64,000 nt of DNA from Felis catus (taxonomy: Eukaryota): the NCBI RefSeq assembly GCF_018350175.1, contig NC_058368.1, forward strand, positions 218,676,001-218,740,000. The letters are read 5' to 3'. The notes under the pieces are model-generated. The model was not told the origin of the DNA and made no database searches. It saw only the letters and a program-made list of their open reading frames with translations. This document shows, in pieces, positions 25,841 to 39,383 of the stretch. The position numbers and the translations under genes were made by a program. Every line of letters starts with the position of its first letter. Within the stretch, counting starts at the first letter, position 1.

Positions 25841-26396
25841 TTATGTATCTTTCCCTTCTCTCCCCACCATTATTTATAAAGATAAATTCCTTTTTTATAA
25901 TGTTAAATACAGTGTTCTTTTTATAGTAAGGGTTTAAGGGATATTTTCAAGTGAATAAAAGAATGAACCCAGACACAATTATAGTTTTATATCTCGAGCT
26001 ACCTTATTACTTTTAAAATAGACTTTTGATTAATTCTTATTCTTGGTTAATCTATTATGAAACCTTGATTAAAGGGCTTAGTTAAGTTTGAGTTGTGTGG
26101 AATCGTTAAGAAATAAAGAACCATATTAGTCAAGTTTACTGGAAAGCTTGATTGTTTTAGCACCAACTGTTATCTAAAATAAAATGGTTCTACTCACCTT
26201 TTAAAAAAAATAATAAATAATGTAAGAGAGATACTGTTGGAAAATGGGTTGTGTAATGTCTTGAATAAATTATGTACATAAAATATAAGTCAATTATTCA
26301 GAAATTTAATCAGTTTTCATTATGAATATCAGTTTTTATGATTCAGTGATGTTTAATGACTTGATGAAATTTATATCCATTAAAAATGGCTTCAGA

Positions 26397-26600
26397 GGGG
26401 CAACTGAGTGGCTCAGTTGGTTAAGCATCTGACTCTTGATTTCAGCTCAGGTCATGATCTCAAATCATGAGATCAAGCCCTGGGTTGGGCTCCACGCTTG
26501 GAATTCTCTCCTTTTCTTTCTACTTCTTCCCCACTCATTCTCTTGTTCTCCCCATTTCTCTCTCTCAAATAAATAAACGTTTAAAAATAAAATAAACAAG
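26397..26600 (+). mobile_element. CAN-SINE
   Basis: Perfect TSD taaaaatggcttcaga at 26381-26396 and 26601-26616. Confidence 0.95.
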
Positions 26601-28156
26601 TAAAAATGGCTTCAGAAACTTGTGCTTTAAAAAGTTTGGTAGCTATATTTTCATAAAGATTTTTTTTTAATATTCTCTGTGCTGTCTGATAGTGTATCTC
26701 ACCTTGGCCATTACATGAGAATATAGCCAGTCTCTTCAAATTATTTTACCTTGTGTTTCTAAATTAAGTGGAAAAATTTGAAAAAAAAATGAGGTAAAAT
26801 TTGAAGAGGCTGCTATAAGTCTCATATCATAGACAAATTGGAATGCACAATTTAGTTTATCACTTCCATTGACGTAAAAGAAATTCAAAAAACTTTAATA
26901 TATTCAATTTTGGTGTAATTTGTGTCATAACCCATCCTATTCATGTATACAATATATATTTTTCCATGTTGAAGAGCATGAAAAATAAACATGTATACTC
27001 ATAGAACCATATTTTGTGAAATGGTAAATACTTGGATAATAGCTGATATTTTCATATAACTTTTGTGTATTCAAACACAAATATTTATCTAAACTTGCAT
27101 TAGGTACATAAAACCCTAGGCTTGTCTCAGAATTGTAAATCTATATATCTTTGTGTATATACACAGATATATATGTGTGTGTGTGTATATGTGTACACAT
27201 ATATACACACATATGTCGGAAAATGTATCATTTATTTTATGGAGAGGAGTGATGTCATTATTACCAGTGTGATCAAAAAATAATAAAAACCAGAGAAGAT
27301 AATAGCATTGATTTTCTGTAGCTATTATTAAATCTATTGTAGAATTATAATATTCTATTAATTTTTTAAAATTAATATTTGTTTTAGCAGGACTTCATTT
27401 CCTATAGTAGCTGTAATTTTAAAGAATTGAATGTGTTACTAACAAGGGCCTTGAGTAAACTAGCTTCTTATCAAGCATGACCACTGACAATAATTTGCTA
27501 CTATTTTCCCTCTAACTTTATCCTATTTTATTTATAATTTCAAAATATGTTAGTAACAAGAATCATACACTAGACTGTCTTATTTGTTTTCAAGTGATAT
27601 TAGTTCAAAAATGATGACTGAATTTATATTTGTTGTAGAAGGAACATGGCAACTTCGTATTTCTACTTTCTCATCTTTTTGCAATATGAATTTGTAAAAT
27701 AACTGTTGGTAAAGAAAGTTTAGGTGTCAGATATATGACTCTACCCCATGCCTATTTTTTTTAATTCTGTTTCATTAATTTAAGGCAAAATGACAGAGTA
27801 AGCTATAATGCAGGATTGCTTTATGGTATAAAGGACTGAATTATAATATTTTTTTTTCCTGAAGAAAAGATTTTTTATTAAGAGTGTTATTTTTAAACAT
27901 ATAAATGTTTGCATTGGGAAAATATGGGAAATTATTAATGTGATAGAATTTGCAAAATCATATGTTAGCAGAGAGAGGGAGATGTTAAAAAGTTTCCTCA
28001 CAAAATCTGATCTAAGTATCAGCTGGTACCAAATACTACAAAAATATAGTGAATGTATATCATTTAGCACATTAATTTGTATTGATGTAGTTTCTGTAAG
28101 TATCATGGGTTCAGAACTAGGCTGATTTTCTGCCTAATTTAAAATAATTCATTTTG

Positions 28157-28356
28157 GGGGTGTCGAGGTGGCTCAGTTGGTGGTTCAGTGTCCGACTTCA
28201 GCTCAGGTCATGATCTCACAGTTTGTGAGTTTGAGCCCACATCAGGTTCTCTAATGTCAGCACAGAGCCTGCTTCAGATCCTCTCTCCCCCTCTCTTTCT
28301 CCCTCTACCCTGTTCTTTCTCTCTCTCTCAAAAATAAGTAAACATTAAAAAAAAAG
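28157..28356 (+). mobile_element. CAN-SINE
   Basis: Head, (CT)n, tail; TSD aattcatttt. Confidence 0.94.
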
Positions 28357-28782
28357 AATTCATTTTTAACTCAATACTATATAAGTTAAAACAACTTAAT
28401 ATCTACTGCAATATTTTGCAATTTATTCTCCATACTTTATGTCTTTATCTCCATAATTTATGGAGATACTTACTTTATCTCCATATTTTATCTCCATAAT
28501 TTATGTCTCCCCGCCCCCACAATTCAAAACATTATGAAAACATAGGTGGAAAAATCCAATTTGGTATCTGAAATTTCAAATTATTTTAGGCTTTTCAGTC
28601 ATTGAACACAAATATTGTGAGGTATTTCCCACATTTACTTGAATATTTTTCCAAGGGGAATAGCTAAATTGGCCTTCATTTTTGGTCAATGGGTCACAGG
28701 AATATTGATGATTAATATCATTTGTGAATAGAAAAATAATTGAGTTTTCTCACTGACAGGCAAAAATCAAAGTAAAATATAT

Positions 28783-28984
28783 GGGGCACCTGGTTGGTTC
28801 AGTTAGTCAAGTGGTTAAGCGTGGGACTCTTGATTTCTGCCTGGATCCTGGGGTTGAGCCCCGTATCTCCCTCTATCTCTGCCACTCTACCCTCTCTCTT
28901 TTCTTTCCCTCTCTCTCCCCTTTCCTCACTTATGCTCATGCTCTGTCTCTTTGTCTCAAAATAAATAAATAAACATAAAAAAAA
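28783..28984 (+). mobile_element. Older CAN-SINE
   Basis: ggggcacctgg head; diverged TSD aaaaatc(a/c)aagtaaaa. Confidence 0.9.
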
Positions 28985-30329
28985 TCCAAGTAAAACATTC
29001 TGAAAAAAATTAGAGGACAGTTACCAGTGCATATTCCTCTTTAGTTGGTAAATAAATATATTATCAGAGAGGGCTTTATATCACAGCTAAATGCTGGTGA
29101 GTAAAAGTATATAAACATTTAATTTAATTTCCAAAATAATTTAATTAATTATATATATTTGGCAAAAAAATTAATTCTGAATAGTTATTAAAACTAGGAT
29201 AATTAGATGAATTCCCTATGCCATCTGAAGTTCTTTAAGATTGAAGCAACAGAGAATTGAGGTTACATGTAAAAATATTAATTCTCCTGTGAAATCACGT
29301 TTTCCTTCTTAGAATAATTTCTGATATTAGTGTTTAAGGTATTCCTTCTCAACTGTATTTCCTTATTTGAACCGCAGAACACAAAAATGACTTTAAGTGA
29401 ATACTTTCTCAATTCCCCTAAGGATGGTACATTATTCATACAGTTAGAGTCTGTTTTATACCTAATGTCATGTATAATAAAAAAAATAATAGAGAGTTTC
29501 TTGAACTATCCATGGAATGTAAGTTTTTATGGACACAAAATTCTTAGATTTACTAAGCTATATTAATGGAAACTTGGAAAGAAAGATCTATTCTCAAATC
29601 TCTAAGCATTCAGTTTTTTCTACTGTTAGGAAAACTATCATTCTAAAGGTTGTGTAAGATGGGTAGAAAATTCCTACAAGCTTTCTATCTGCCCTTGTAG
29701 TTTATACCGTTTCATTTTAATATTAATGTCTACAATCTTACCTGTTTTATTGTTGTGTATTTAAGATTAAAAAGCAGAGTATATTACCTGGAAGTGATAA
29801 TCATTTTAGAAAATGATTCTAAGATTGTGTGTAAGCTACTGTGCAGAGCTTGTAATCATCTGTGTTGAACACTTTTTACAAAATGAAATATAATTCAAAT
29901 AGAGCATTATTATGATTACATTTATAAAAAATTGCTTAAAAAAAGCTGATTACACTTGCTCTTTAACAAGTCCTGCTTAACATAATGTTTCATTTAAATT
30001 ACCATTAAAAAGTAGTTTTATGTTTGCATTGCCTTCTTTAAGGACCCCCCAAAATCTATACACTTTCTCACTGAATTAAAGTCAACATGTTGTTTTGCTC
30101 AAGCCAAATACTGCACAACAGTAAGTTTCATAGACATAATCATCACCTTTCAGCTATAAAGGTCTATTCTATTCATGACATTTCCTAGCATGCAACATTT
30201 TTTTTGCCCTCATTCTGCAGTTCTTATTTATTTTCCTTAAGTAAAAATACCTATTCAACTGCTGTGTTCTCCATGATAGAAGCTCTGGCTATGCCCACCT
30301 ACAACCAGAGCTCTCCTTTGCCTCCTCTA

Positions 30330-30550
30330 TTTTGTTTTTTTAATTTTTTAAATGTGTTCATTTTTGAGAGAGAGAGTGAGACAGAGCATGATTGGAGGAG
30401 GGGCAGAGAGAGAGGGAGACAGAGTCTGAAGCAGGCTCCAGGCTCTGAGCTGTTAGCTCAGAGCCTGATGCAGGGCTTAAACCCACCAACTCTGAGATCA
30501 TGACCTGAGCCAAAGTCGGACACTTAACTGACTGAGCCACCCAGGCACCC
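30330..30550 (-). mobile_element. CAN-SINE
   Basis: Full reverse-complement copy; short TSD gcctcct. Confidence 0.95.
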
Positions 30551-30751
30551 CAAGCCTCCTTCATTCATTGAGGAAAGGCTTGGGATGAAGTGGGACTCAC
30601 ACTGATCACAAAACACTTCCAAAGTAATGAGAGCAGTTTCCAAAACCACAGTAACATCTACCGGTCAAAGCAGGTTCTCCTTTCTGAACTCTCAACCAGA
30701 CAAGAATGAATTCAGCTTTAATGTATTTTCACAAGATTATTCAGCATTGAT

Positions 30752-30880
30752 GGATATTAATGAGGGCAATTGTGATGAAGACTGGGTGTTCTATGTAAGT
30801 AATGAATCACTAAATTCTACTCCTGAAACTAATATTACACTCTATGTCAACTAACTAGAAATTAATAAAAACTTGAAAAA
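30752..30880 (+). mobile_element. Severely 5'-truncated carnivore L1 3' tail
   Basis: gaatcactaaattctactcctgaaactaat; TSD aagattattca(g/a)ca(t/c)tga at 30733-30750 and 30881-30898. Confidence 0.9.
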
Positions 30881-31541
30881 AAGATTATTCAACACTGAAA
30901 AAAATGATGCCTGGTCTTTACATTGATGAAATTTATGAGTTTTGAAGATGTTTCAATTGAGCAAGAAAAAAAAAGTGACTACTATATTTCCTATGTTGGA
31001 AGACACACATCATCCTAATAAAATCTGGACAATGGATTCATGTGAGGGGTTGTATTACACAAGTATTTAGTTACTTACATAGTAAGGTAAGTGCAGTAAA
31101 CCACAAAGTGCCCATGCTAGAAAGACCTGATGTAACTATAGAAATCACTACCAAATGTTTTTAGTAAAAACTACTAAATATTAGAGAATACATTATAGCT
31201 CATCATATTAAAATACTTTGTTTTTGTTTTTTATTTATTTATATTTTAGGAAATCTCAAGGGGAATATATTATTATTTTTTAATGTTTCAAGTTTTATTT
31301 AAATTCTAGTTAGCATATAGTGTAGTATTAGTTCTAGGAATAGAATTTAATGATTCATCATTTACATATAACACCCCAAAAAAGTTTATTTTGAGAAAGA
31401 GCAAGAAAGAGGGAGCAGGAGAGGGGCAGAGAGAGAGGGAGAGGGAGAATCCTAAGCTGGCTCTGTGCTATCAGTCCCGACATGGGGCTCAGTCCCTCAA
31501 GCCATCAGATTATGACCTGAGCCAAAATCAGGAGCCAGAGC

Positions 31542-31991
31542 TGTCTTTTCCAACGTAGGAAATACAGTAGTCACTTTTTTTTTTCTTGCTCAACTAATTG
31601 AAACATCTTCAGGGGCACCAGGGTGGCTCAGTTGGTTAAGCGTCTGACTTTGGCTCAGGTCATGATCTCGCAGTCCATGAGTTCAAGCCCCGTGTCGGGC
31701 TCTGTGCTGACAGCTCAGAGCCTGGAGCCTGTTTCAGATTCTGTGTCTCCCTCTCTCTCTCACCCTCCCCCGTTCATGCTGTGCCTCTCTCTGTCTCAAA
31801 AATAAATAAACATTAAAAAAAAAAAACAAACACATTCAAAACTCATAAATTTCATCAATGTAAAGACCAGCAGTCATTTTTTTCAGTGTTGAATAATCTT
31901 TTTTTCAAGTTTTTATTCAAATTCTAGTTAGTTAACATATAATATTTCAGGAGGAGAATTTGGTGATTCATTACTTACATATAACACCTGG
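31542..31991 (-). repeat. Inverted copy of 30782-31005 (interrupted by a SINE)
   Basis: Reverse-complement identity, e.g. tcttcaaaactcataaatttcatcaatgtaaagaccag vs ctggtctttacattgatgaaatttatgagttttgaaga. Confidence 0.93.
31612..31827 (+). mobile_element. CAN-SINE
   Basis: Full copy; TSD aaacatcttca / aaacacattca. Confidence 0.96.
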
Positions 31992-32299
31992 TTATAATTA
32001 GTGACTGAGTCATCCAGGCACCTCAAAAAGTGCCTTTCTTAATACCCATCACCCATTTAGCCCACACCCCCCACCCTCCCCTTCTAGCAGCCCTCAGTTT
32101 GTTCTCTATTAGATGAGAGTGTCTCTTAAGGTTTGCCTCCTTCTCTTTTTCTTTGCCCTATGTTCGTTCATCTGTTTTGTTTCTGAAATTCCACATATAA
32201 GTGAAATCATATGGCATTTGTTTTTCTCTGACTCAGTTATTTGCTTAGGTTAGTATAATCTGTCTCCATCCATGTAGTTACAAATGGCAAAATTTCCTT

Positions 32300-32510
32300 C
32301 TTTTTTAAAAAAGTTTACTTAGAGAGAGACAAAGAGCGCGAGACAGAGGGCAAGTGGGGGAAGGGTAGAGAGAGAAAGAGAGAGAGAATCCCAAGCAGGC
32401 TCTGCACTGTGAACACAGAGTCCAACATGGGGCTTGATCTCTTAAACTGAGATCATGACCTGAGCTGAAATCAAGAGTCAGATGCTTAACCTATTGATCT
32501 ACCCAGGCCC
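32300..32510 (-). mobile_element. CAN-SINE within L1 3'UTR
   Basis: gaaatcaagagtcagatgcttaac; TSD caa(a/g)atttc. Confidence 0.92.
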
Positions 32511-32548
32511 TTCAAGATTTCATTTTTTTGATAGCTGAGTAATATGCC

Positions 32549-32551
<3 letters not shown>

Positions 32552-32597
<46 letters not shown>
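32552..32597. repeat. (TG)n microsatellite
   Basis: Direct. Confidence 0.97.
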
Positions 32598-32600
<3 letters not shown>

Positions 32601-32619
32601 CACACACTTACCACTTCTT

Positions 32620-34765
32620 TTTCCATTCATCAGGACATTTGGGCTATTGATAATGCTGCTATAAATAATGGGGTACATGTGCCCCTTTAAATACGTATTT
32701 TTGTTTTCTTTGGTTAAATACCCAATAGTACAATTGCTGGCCAATGGGGTAATTCTACTTTTAACATTTTGAGGAAGCTTCATATTGTTTTCCAGAGTGA
32801 CTGTACCAGTTGGCAATCCCACCAACTGCATAAGAGATTTCCCCTTTCTCTGCATCCATGCCAACACCTGTTGTTTACTCTGCTGTTAATTTTAGCTATT
32901 CTGACAGGTGTGAGGTGGTATCTCATTGTGGTTTTGATTTGTATTTCCCTGATGATGAGGATATTGACCATCTAACATAACCTTAGCATCTAACCCTTCA
33001 TCAGATATATCATTTATATCTTCTCCCATTCTGAGGGTTGCCTTTTAGTTTTGTTTCCTTCACTGTGCAGAAGCTTTCTATCTTGATGAGGTCCCAGTAG
33101 TTCATTTTTGCTTTTGTTTCCCTTGTCTCAGGAGACCTATCTAGTAAGAAGTTGCTATGACTGAGGTCAAAGGAGTTACTGACTGTGTTTTCCTATAGGA
33201 TTTTGATGGTTTCCTATATCACATTTAGGTCCATCATCCATTTGGAATTAATTTTCACATAAGGTGTAAGAAAGTGGTTCAGTTTCATTTTTCTGCTTGT
33301 CACTGTTCAGTTTTCTAAATACCATTTGTTGAAGAGACAAAATTGTTGGTGAGACAAATGGTATTTTTTTTTCCATTGGATATTCTTTCCTGCTTTGTCA
33401 AAAGCTTAGTTGACCATGGGGGTGTGGGTCCATCTCTGGGTCTTCTATTCTGTTCTACTGATCTATGTGTCTATTTTTGTGCCAATACCATACTGTCTTG
33501 ATGACTACAGCTTTTTAATATAGCTTGAAGTCTGGAATTGTGATGCTTCCAGCTTTCTTTTCTTTTTCAAGATAGTTTTGACTATTTGGGGTCTTTTGTG
33601 CTTCCATACAAATTTTAGGATTGCTTGTCCTGCCTCTATGAAAAATGCTCGTGTCATTTTGATAGGGATTGCATTGAATGTGTAGATTCCTTTTGGTAGT
33701 ATAGACATCTTAACAATATTTGTTCTTTCAATCCATGAGCATGGGATGTTTTTCCATTTCTGTGTGTCGTCTTCAATTTCTTTCATCAGTTTTTTATAGT
33801 TTTTGGAGTACAGATTTCTTACCTATTTGGTTAGGTTTATTCCTAGGTTTCTTAGGGTGTTTGGTGCAATATACAAATGGGATAAATTCCTTGATTTCTC
33901 TTTCTGGCTGCTTCATTATTATATAAAAATACAACAGATTTTTGTAAATTGGCTTTGTATCCTGTGACTTTACTGAATTTGTGTGTGAGTTTTAGTAATT
34001 TTTTTTTGGTGGAGTTTTCGAGATTTTCTACGTAGAGTGTTATGTTATCTGCAAAGAGAGAACATTTGCCCTCTTCCTTGCCAATTTGGATGCCTTTTAT
34101 TTCTTCTTGTTGTCTAATTGCTGAGGCTATAGTTCCAGTACTATGTGAGGTAACAATGTGATATCCTTGTCTTGTTCCTGACCGTAGAGGAAAAGCTCTC
34201 AGTTTTTCCCTATTGAAGATGATATTAGCTGTGGCTCTTTGACCCACCATTGTAAATGGTCTTTATGATGCTGAAGCATGTTGTCTCTATCCCTACTTTG
34301 TTGAAGGTTTTTTATCAAGAATAGATGCTGTACTTTGTCAAATGCTTATTCTACATCTATTTTGAGGATCATATGGTTCTTTTCTTTTATTAATGCGGTG
34401 TATCACATTGATATATTTGTGAATATTGAACCACCTTTGCAGCCCAGGAATAAATCCCACTTGACAGTGGTGACTTTTAATATACTGTTGGATTTGATTT
34501 GCTAGTATCTTAAGAATTTTTGCTTCTATGTTCATGGAAGATATTGGTCTGTAATTCTCCTTTTTAATGGGGCCATTGTCTGGTTTTGTAATCAAAGTAA
34601 TGCTGGCCTCATGGAATGTGTTTGGAAGTTTTCCTTCCATTTCAATTTTTTTGGAAGAGTTCAAAAAGAATAGGTATTAACTCTTCTTTAATTTTTTGGT
34701 AGGAATCTCCTGGGAAGCCATCTGTTCATAGAGTTTTGTTTGTTGAGAGATTTTTGATGACTGAC

Positions 34766-34802
<37 letters not shown>

Positions 34803-36400
34803 GTTATCAGTCTGTACAAGTACTCTATTTCTTTCTCTTTCAGTATTTGGTGGTTTATATATTTCTAGGAATTTTCTTTTAGATTGTCCAATTTGTTGGC
34901 ATATAATTACTCATAGTAATTCTCTTATAATTGTTTTATTTATGTGATGCTGATTGTGAGCTCTTCTCTCTATTGCATGGTTTTATTTATTTAGGTCCTT
35001 TCTCTTTTCTTGTTGATAAGTCTGGCTAAGGGTTTATCAACTTTTTTTACTTTTTTCAAAGAACCAGATCATGGTTTCATTATCTACTCTGTTGGGGTTT
35101 TGTTTGTTTCTTTCTTTCTATATCTTTTATCTGCTCCAGTCTTTATTATTTCTCTTTTTCTGGCTTTAGGCTTCATTTATTATTCTTTTTCTAGTTACTT
35201 TAGGTGTAAGTTTAAGTTGTATATTTAAGACTTTATTTGCTTCTTGAAGTAAGCCTGTATTGCTATATACTTCCCTCTTAAGACCCCTTTTGCTGCATCC
35301 CAAAATTTTGAACTCTTGTGTTTTCATGTATTTAATTTTTTTTTTACTGTTTATTTTTTAGAGAGGGGTGGGATGGAGAGGCCAAGAGAAAGAGGGAGAC
35401 AAAGAATCTGAAGCAGGCTGCAGGATCTGGGCTGTCAGCACAGAGCCTAACACAGGGCTTGAACTCATGAACCATGAGCTGAAGTCGGAATCTTAACCAA
35501 CTGAGCCACCTAAGTGCCCCCCATATATTTCTTAAAATATTTCTTTTTAATTTCCTGGTGGACCCATTTATTCTTTAGTAGCATACTTTCTAACTTCCAT
35601 GTACTGGTGTTATTTCTAAAAGTTTCCTGTTGACTTTAAGTTTCATATACTGGTCAGAAAAGATGTATGGTATGATCTCAGTCCTTTGTACTTCTTGAGG
35701 CCTGATTTGTGACCTAGTATATGATGTACTCTGGAGAATGCCCTATGTGCACTTGAAAAGAATGTGTATTGTACTGCTTTAGGGTGAAATACTCTGAAAT
35801 ATCTGTTAAGGCCATCTGGTCGGGTGTGTCATTCCAAGCCATTGTTGCTTGTTGATTTTCTTCTTAGATGATCTTTCCATTGTTGTAAGTGGGGTGCTAA
35901 AGTTCCCTACTATTTTTGTATTATTATCAATGAGTTCCTTTATGTTTATTAATTGTTTTATATATTTGGGTTCTTCCAAGCTGGGGACATAAATACTTAC
36001 AAGTGTTAGATCTTGTTGGATAGACTCCTTTATTATGATATAGTGCCCTTCTTCCTCTCTTGTCACAGTCTTTCATTTAAAATCTCATTTGTCTGATTTA
36101 AGTATTGCTATTCCATCTTTCTTTTGATGACCGTTAGCATGATAAATCATTCTCCATCCCATCATTTTCAATTTAGAGGTGTCTTTAGGTGTAAAATATG
36201 TCTCTTGGCAGCACATAGATGGGTCCTATTTTTTTTTATTCATTCTGATACCCTATGTCTTTTGATTTGAGAATTTAGTCTGTTTACATTCAGAGTGATT
36301 ATTGATCTATATAAATTTTGTGCCATTGTATTACCTGTAAAGTTGTTTCTGGAGATGTTTTTTTGTTCCTTTATGGTCTTTGCCACCTTTGGTCTTTCTT
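32620..36400 (-). pseudogene. L1 ORF2p (endonuclease/reverse transcriptase), fragmented
   Basis: ORF-track peptides EEGHYIIIKESIQQ...IVGNFSTPLT (EN), KKENYRPIS...[24 protein letters not shown]...LFADN (RT; FADD degraded), [28 protein letters not shown]; many stops and frameshifts. Confidence 0.95.
35334..35520 (-). mobile_element. CAN-SINE within L1 ORF2
   Basis: Reverse-complement copy; TSD cat(g/a)tattt. Confidence 0.93.
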
Positions 36401-37330
36401 AACCACTCAAAGAGCCTCCTTTAATATTTCTTGGCAGGGCTGGTTTAGTGGTCACAAACTCCTTTAATTTTGGTTTGTCTGGGAAACTCTTTATCTCTCC
36501 TATTCTGAATGACAGCCTTGCTGGATAAAGTATTCTTGGCTGCATATTTTCCCCATTCTGTACATTGACTCTATCATGGCAGTCCCTTCCAGCCTGCCAA
36601 GTTTCTGTGGATAGGTCTGCCGCTAACCTTATTATCTCTTACCTTATTACCTCTTATCTCTTGTAAGTTAGGATTTCTTTTCCCTTATTGCTTTTAGGAT
36701 TTTTTGTCTTATCTGTATGTTTTGTAAATTTTACCACAATAATTCTTGGTGTTGGCCTGCTTTTTTTATTTTGGTGGAAGCTCTCTCTGCCTCCTGGATT
36801 TGGATGTTTGTTTCCTTCCCCAGATTAGGGACGTTTTCACTATAATTTGCCCAAATAAACCTTCTGCCCCTTTTTCCCTCCCTTCTTCTGACACGCCTAT
36901 GATTAGAATGTTACTTTGCTTTATGGAGTCCCTGAGTTCCCTAAGTTTACATTTATAACTCAATGTATTTCTTTGTCTCTTCTTGTTTGCAGCTTCATTA
37001 TTTTCCTTAATTTTATCTTCCATATCACTTATTCATTCCCCTGCTACTTCCTACTTGTGGTCATTATAACCAGGTGCTTATAACCATATTGATTATAGCA
37101 TTTTTTTTTTTATTTTGGTCTGACTAGTTTTTAGGTCTTTTATCTCTGCAGCAAGCGACACCAGGTTGTCTTCTGTGCTTTTTAGAGCCCAGCTAGTATC
37201 CTTTATCCTTATGATTGTTGTTTTAAATTTGGGATCCAGCATATTATATCTTTTTCAATTAGATCCCTGGCCATGATCTTTCCTTGTTCTTTCTTTTGGG
37301 ATGAATTCCTGCATCTTGGCATTTTACCTA
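36400..37330 (-). pseudogene. L1 ORF1p, fragmented
   Basis: LRELRDSIKQSNILIIGVSEE peptide (36766-37023); boundaries approximate. Confidence 0.85.
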
Positions 37331-38899
37331 GGCTTATGTCGTCTTCTCTGTACTAGGAAATACTGTTATGTTTCCTACTCCTGAGAATATTGGCTTTATT
37401 AGGAACAGGCCATATAGTGTCCAGGGCCTGGTGCTTCAGGCAGTGTTTCTGTCTGTGCTGTGTGCCCTCTGCTGCTGGGCTTTGGCTGCTCCTTCCTTCA
37501 GGTCAGTTCCTCTGCAGATTTTCTCTTTGACCGTAGTGGGCAGTGTTCGGACCTTTTCCAATGTGTGGTGAATTTTAACTAGGCAAGCTCTGTTCTGCTT
37601 GTTCAAAGAGGCCTGAGTATGTTTCCACTAGAGCTGAAGCTTTGCAGCACTCTATGGTCAGTAAACTTGGTGCGTGCAGGGGGATTGTGCTGATCTTTTG
37701 GGGGTGGGGCCCTCTGCTCTAGTTTTCAGGCACATTTGTCCTGGTAAAGAAGCATCTGCAGAGTTCAGGGGGGCAGGGCTTCGTGTTAAGTGTCTCAGGC
37801 CTCCACTGTGGGTGCTGTGCTACTTCCTGAAGTCAATTTGTGCTGATGGGCGAGGGAAAAAAATGGCACCAGCCGTCTCCATTGACCCCAGAGAAGGGAG
37901 TTTGTGTCTACGCTTCTCTAGGAAACCCTCCTAGAAGAGTGGACAATCTCCCCTCATGTGTCTCAGGCATCCCTCAAAATCCTGTCTTCACCCTGTCTGG
38001 GGACCATCTGCGTCTGACGCCAACAGTGTAGTGTGTCTGTGTTTTATGTCAGGCATGCCAGAGTTTCAGAACTCTAAACTTTAGGGACTCAGCATGGTGC
38101 AGATGCATGCTGGCCCTCTGGGGGAGGACCTCGCTGCTCTGGGGATGCTACTGATTCATCCCAGATGGGGAGCTACACTAATGTGCAGGAGTTTGGAGTT
38201 TGAGTAAAGTTCAGCAGAGCCAGAGTTTAGGTTCACTGCCCTCAGCAGACGTTTCTGCTCCTCTGCTTAAAGTACTGGGCAACACACTGGTGTGCAGTGG
38301 CTCTTTTGTCCCCTGAGAGGCAATGCCGTTTCTCCTAGATGCACTGGAAGAAGGGGGAACCATCTCTCTCAGTGTGTCCCAGGGGATCCTCAGATTGTAC
38401 TATACACTCCTGGGCCTTTGCCCTCCTTCTTCACAGGAGCACTGACGCACCTGCCAGGTTCCTCACTGGCCATGGCATGGACTTCTAAATCTTTCAGTCT
38501 TTGAGCTCAGCTGGTCGTAAAAACTCACAATAATCAGCCCCTGTCATTTTCCCAGTCAATGGTTTTGGGGAATTTTTTCTTGTGTAATCCCCTGTGCACT
38601 GCATATGAACGGTCTCTCTCTCTGTCTCTCTCTCCTTTCTCTGTGATCAGGGTTCCCTCCCCTCTCAGCACCTGCAATTCTTTTTTCCCTCAACTCACAT
38701 TTCCATACCTCCTACCTTCCATGATGTGGTCTCTTCTCTGCCTCTAGTTGTGCAGTTTGTTCTCTCGGTCCCCAGATCAATTCTGGGGGTATTCAGGAGG
38801 ATTTTATCTGTACCCAGCCGTGTTCAAGGGATGAAGCAACCAGAGGGTCTTCCTTCTACTCCACCATCTTAAACACACCCTTCATTATGTTAAAGTATG

Positions 38900-39240
38900 T
38901 TTGATATGATTGTGGTTTGCATGGCTTAATAGGAACACATGTATTAAGGGGAAGAAAAAAGAAGATGAAATTGGAGAGATGGATAGGTTACAGTTAAGGA
39001 TGGCATTAAATGTCAGGCTAAGAACCTTCAGACCTGAACTGATGAGCGGATGGGGTATGGTGAGAAGATGGAGAGGGCAGGGCTTCTGTGGCTTTCTTGG
39101 CATTTGCACCAGAGCTTGGTCATGTGTTGGCAGTGTGTGTAACTGACTAGAGCAAAGAGTGTGAAATGGGAGAACCAATTTGGGAGGCTAGCACACTTGC
39201 CAGGGCTAGACACTGGGAATTTTAACTAGACAATGAAACA
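38900..39240 (-). mobile_element. L2 remnant
   Basis: taaatgtcaggctaaga and similar L2-antisense motifs. Confidence 0.5.
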
Positions 39241-39383
39241 ATTACTGCAGTCAGTCTGGAATATGTGAACTACACATTAATATACATAGTATATAATAAT
39301 TTTTTATAATTTATACTGTATATATAATTTAAAATATACAGTATTTTATAAAATATAATAAATATTAATAAGGCAGGACCATA

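Larger units (their letters stand above)
31381..32024 (-). mobile_element. CAN-SINE split by an insertion
   Basis: Tail and body at 31381-31541, head gactgagtcatccaggcacc at ~32000-32024; TSD aaaaagt. Confidence 0.85.
31270..38880 (-). mobile_element. Near full-length inactivated carnivore LINE-1
   Basis: 3' tail at ~31270-31380 resuming ~32026; ORF2 and ORF1 remnants in the correct order; GC-richer 5'UTR ~37350-38870 ending ccaccatctt (aagatggtgg on minus). Confidence 0.95.

Noticed and set aside
32520..37023. Functional reverse transcriptase or retron-like system
   Set aside because: Ordinary L1 ORFs broken by stops, frameshifts, a poly-T tract and a SINE; catalytic FADD reads FADN
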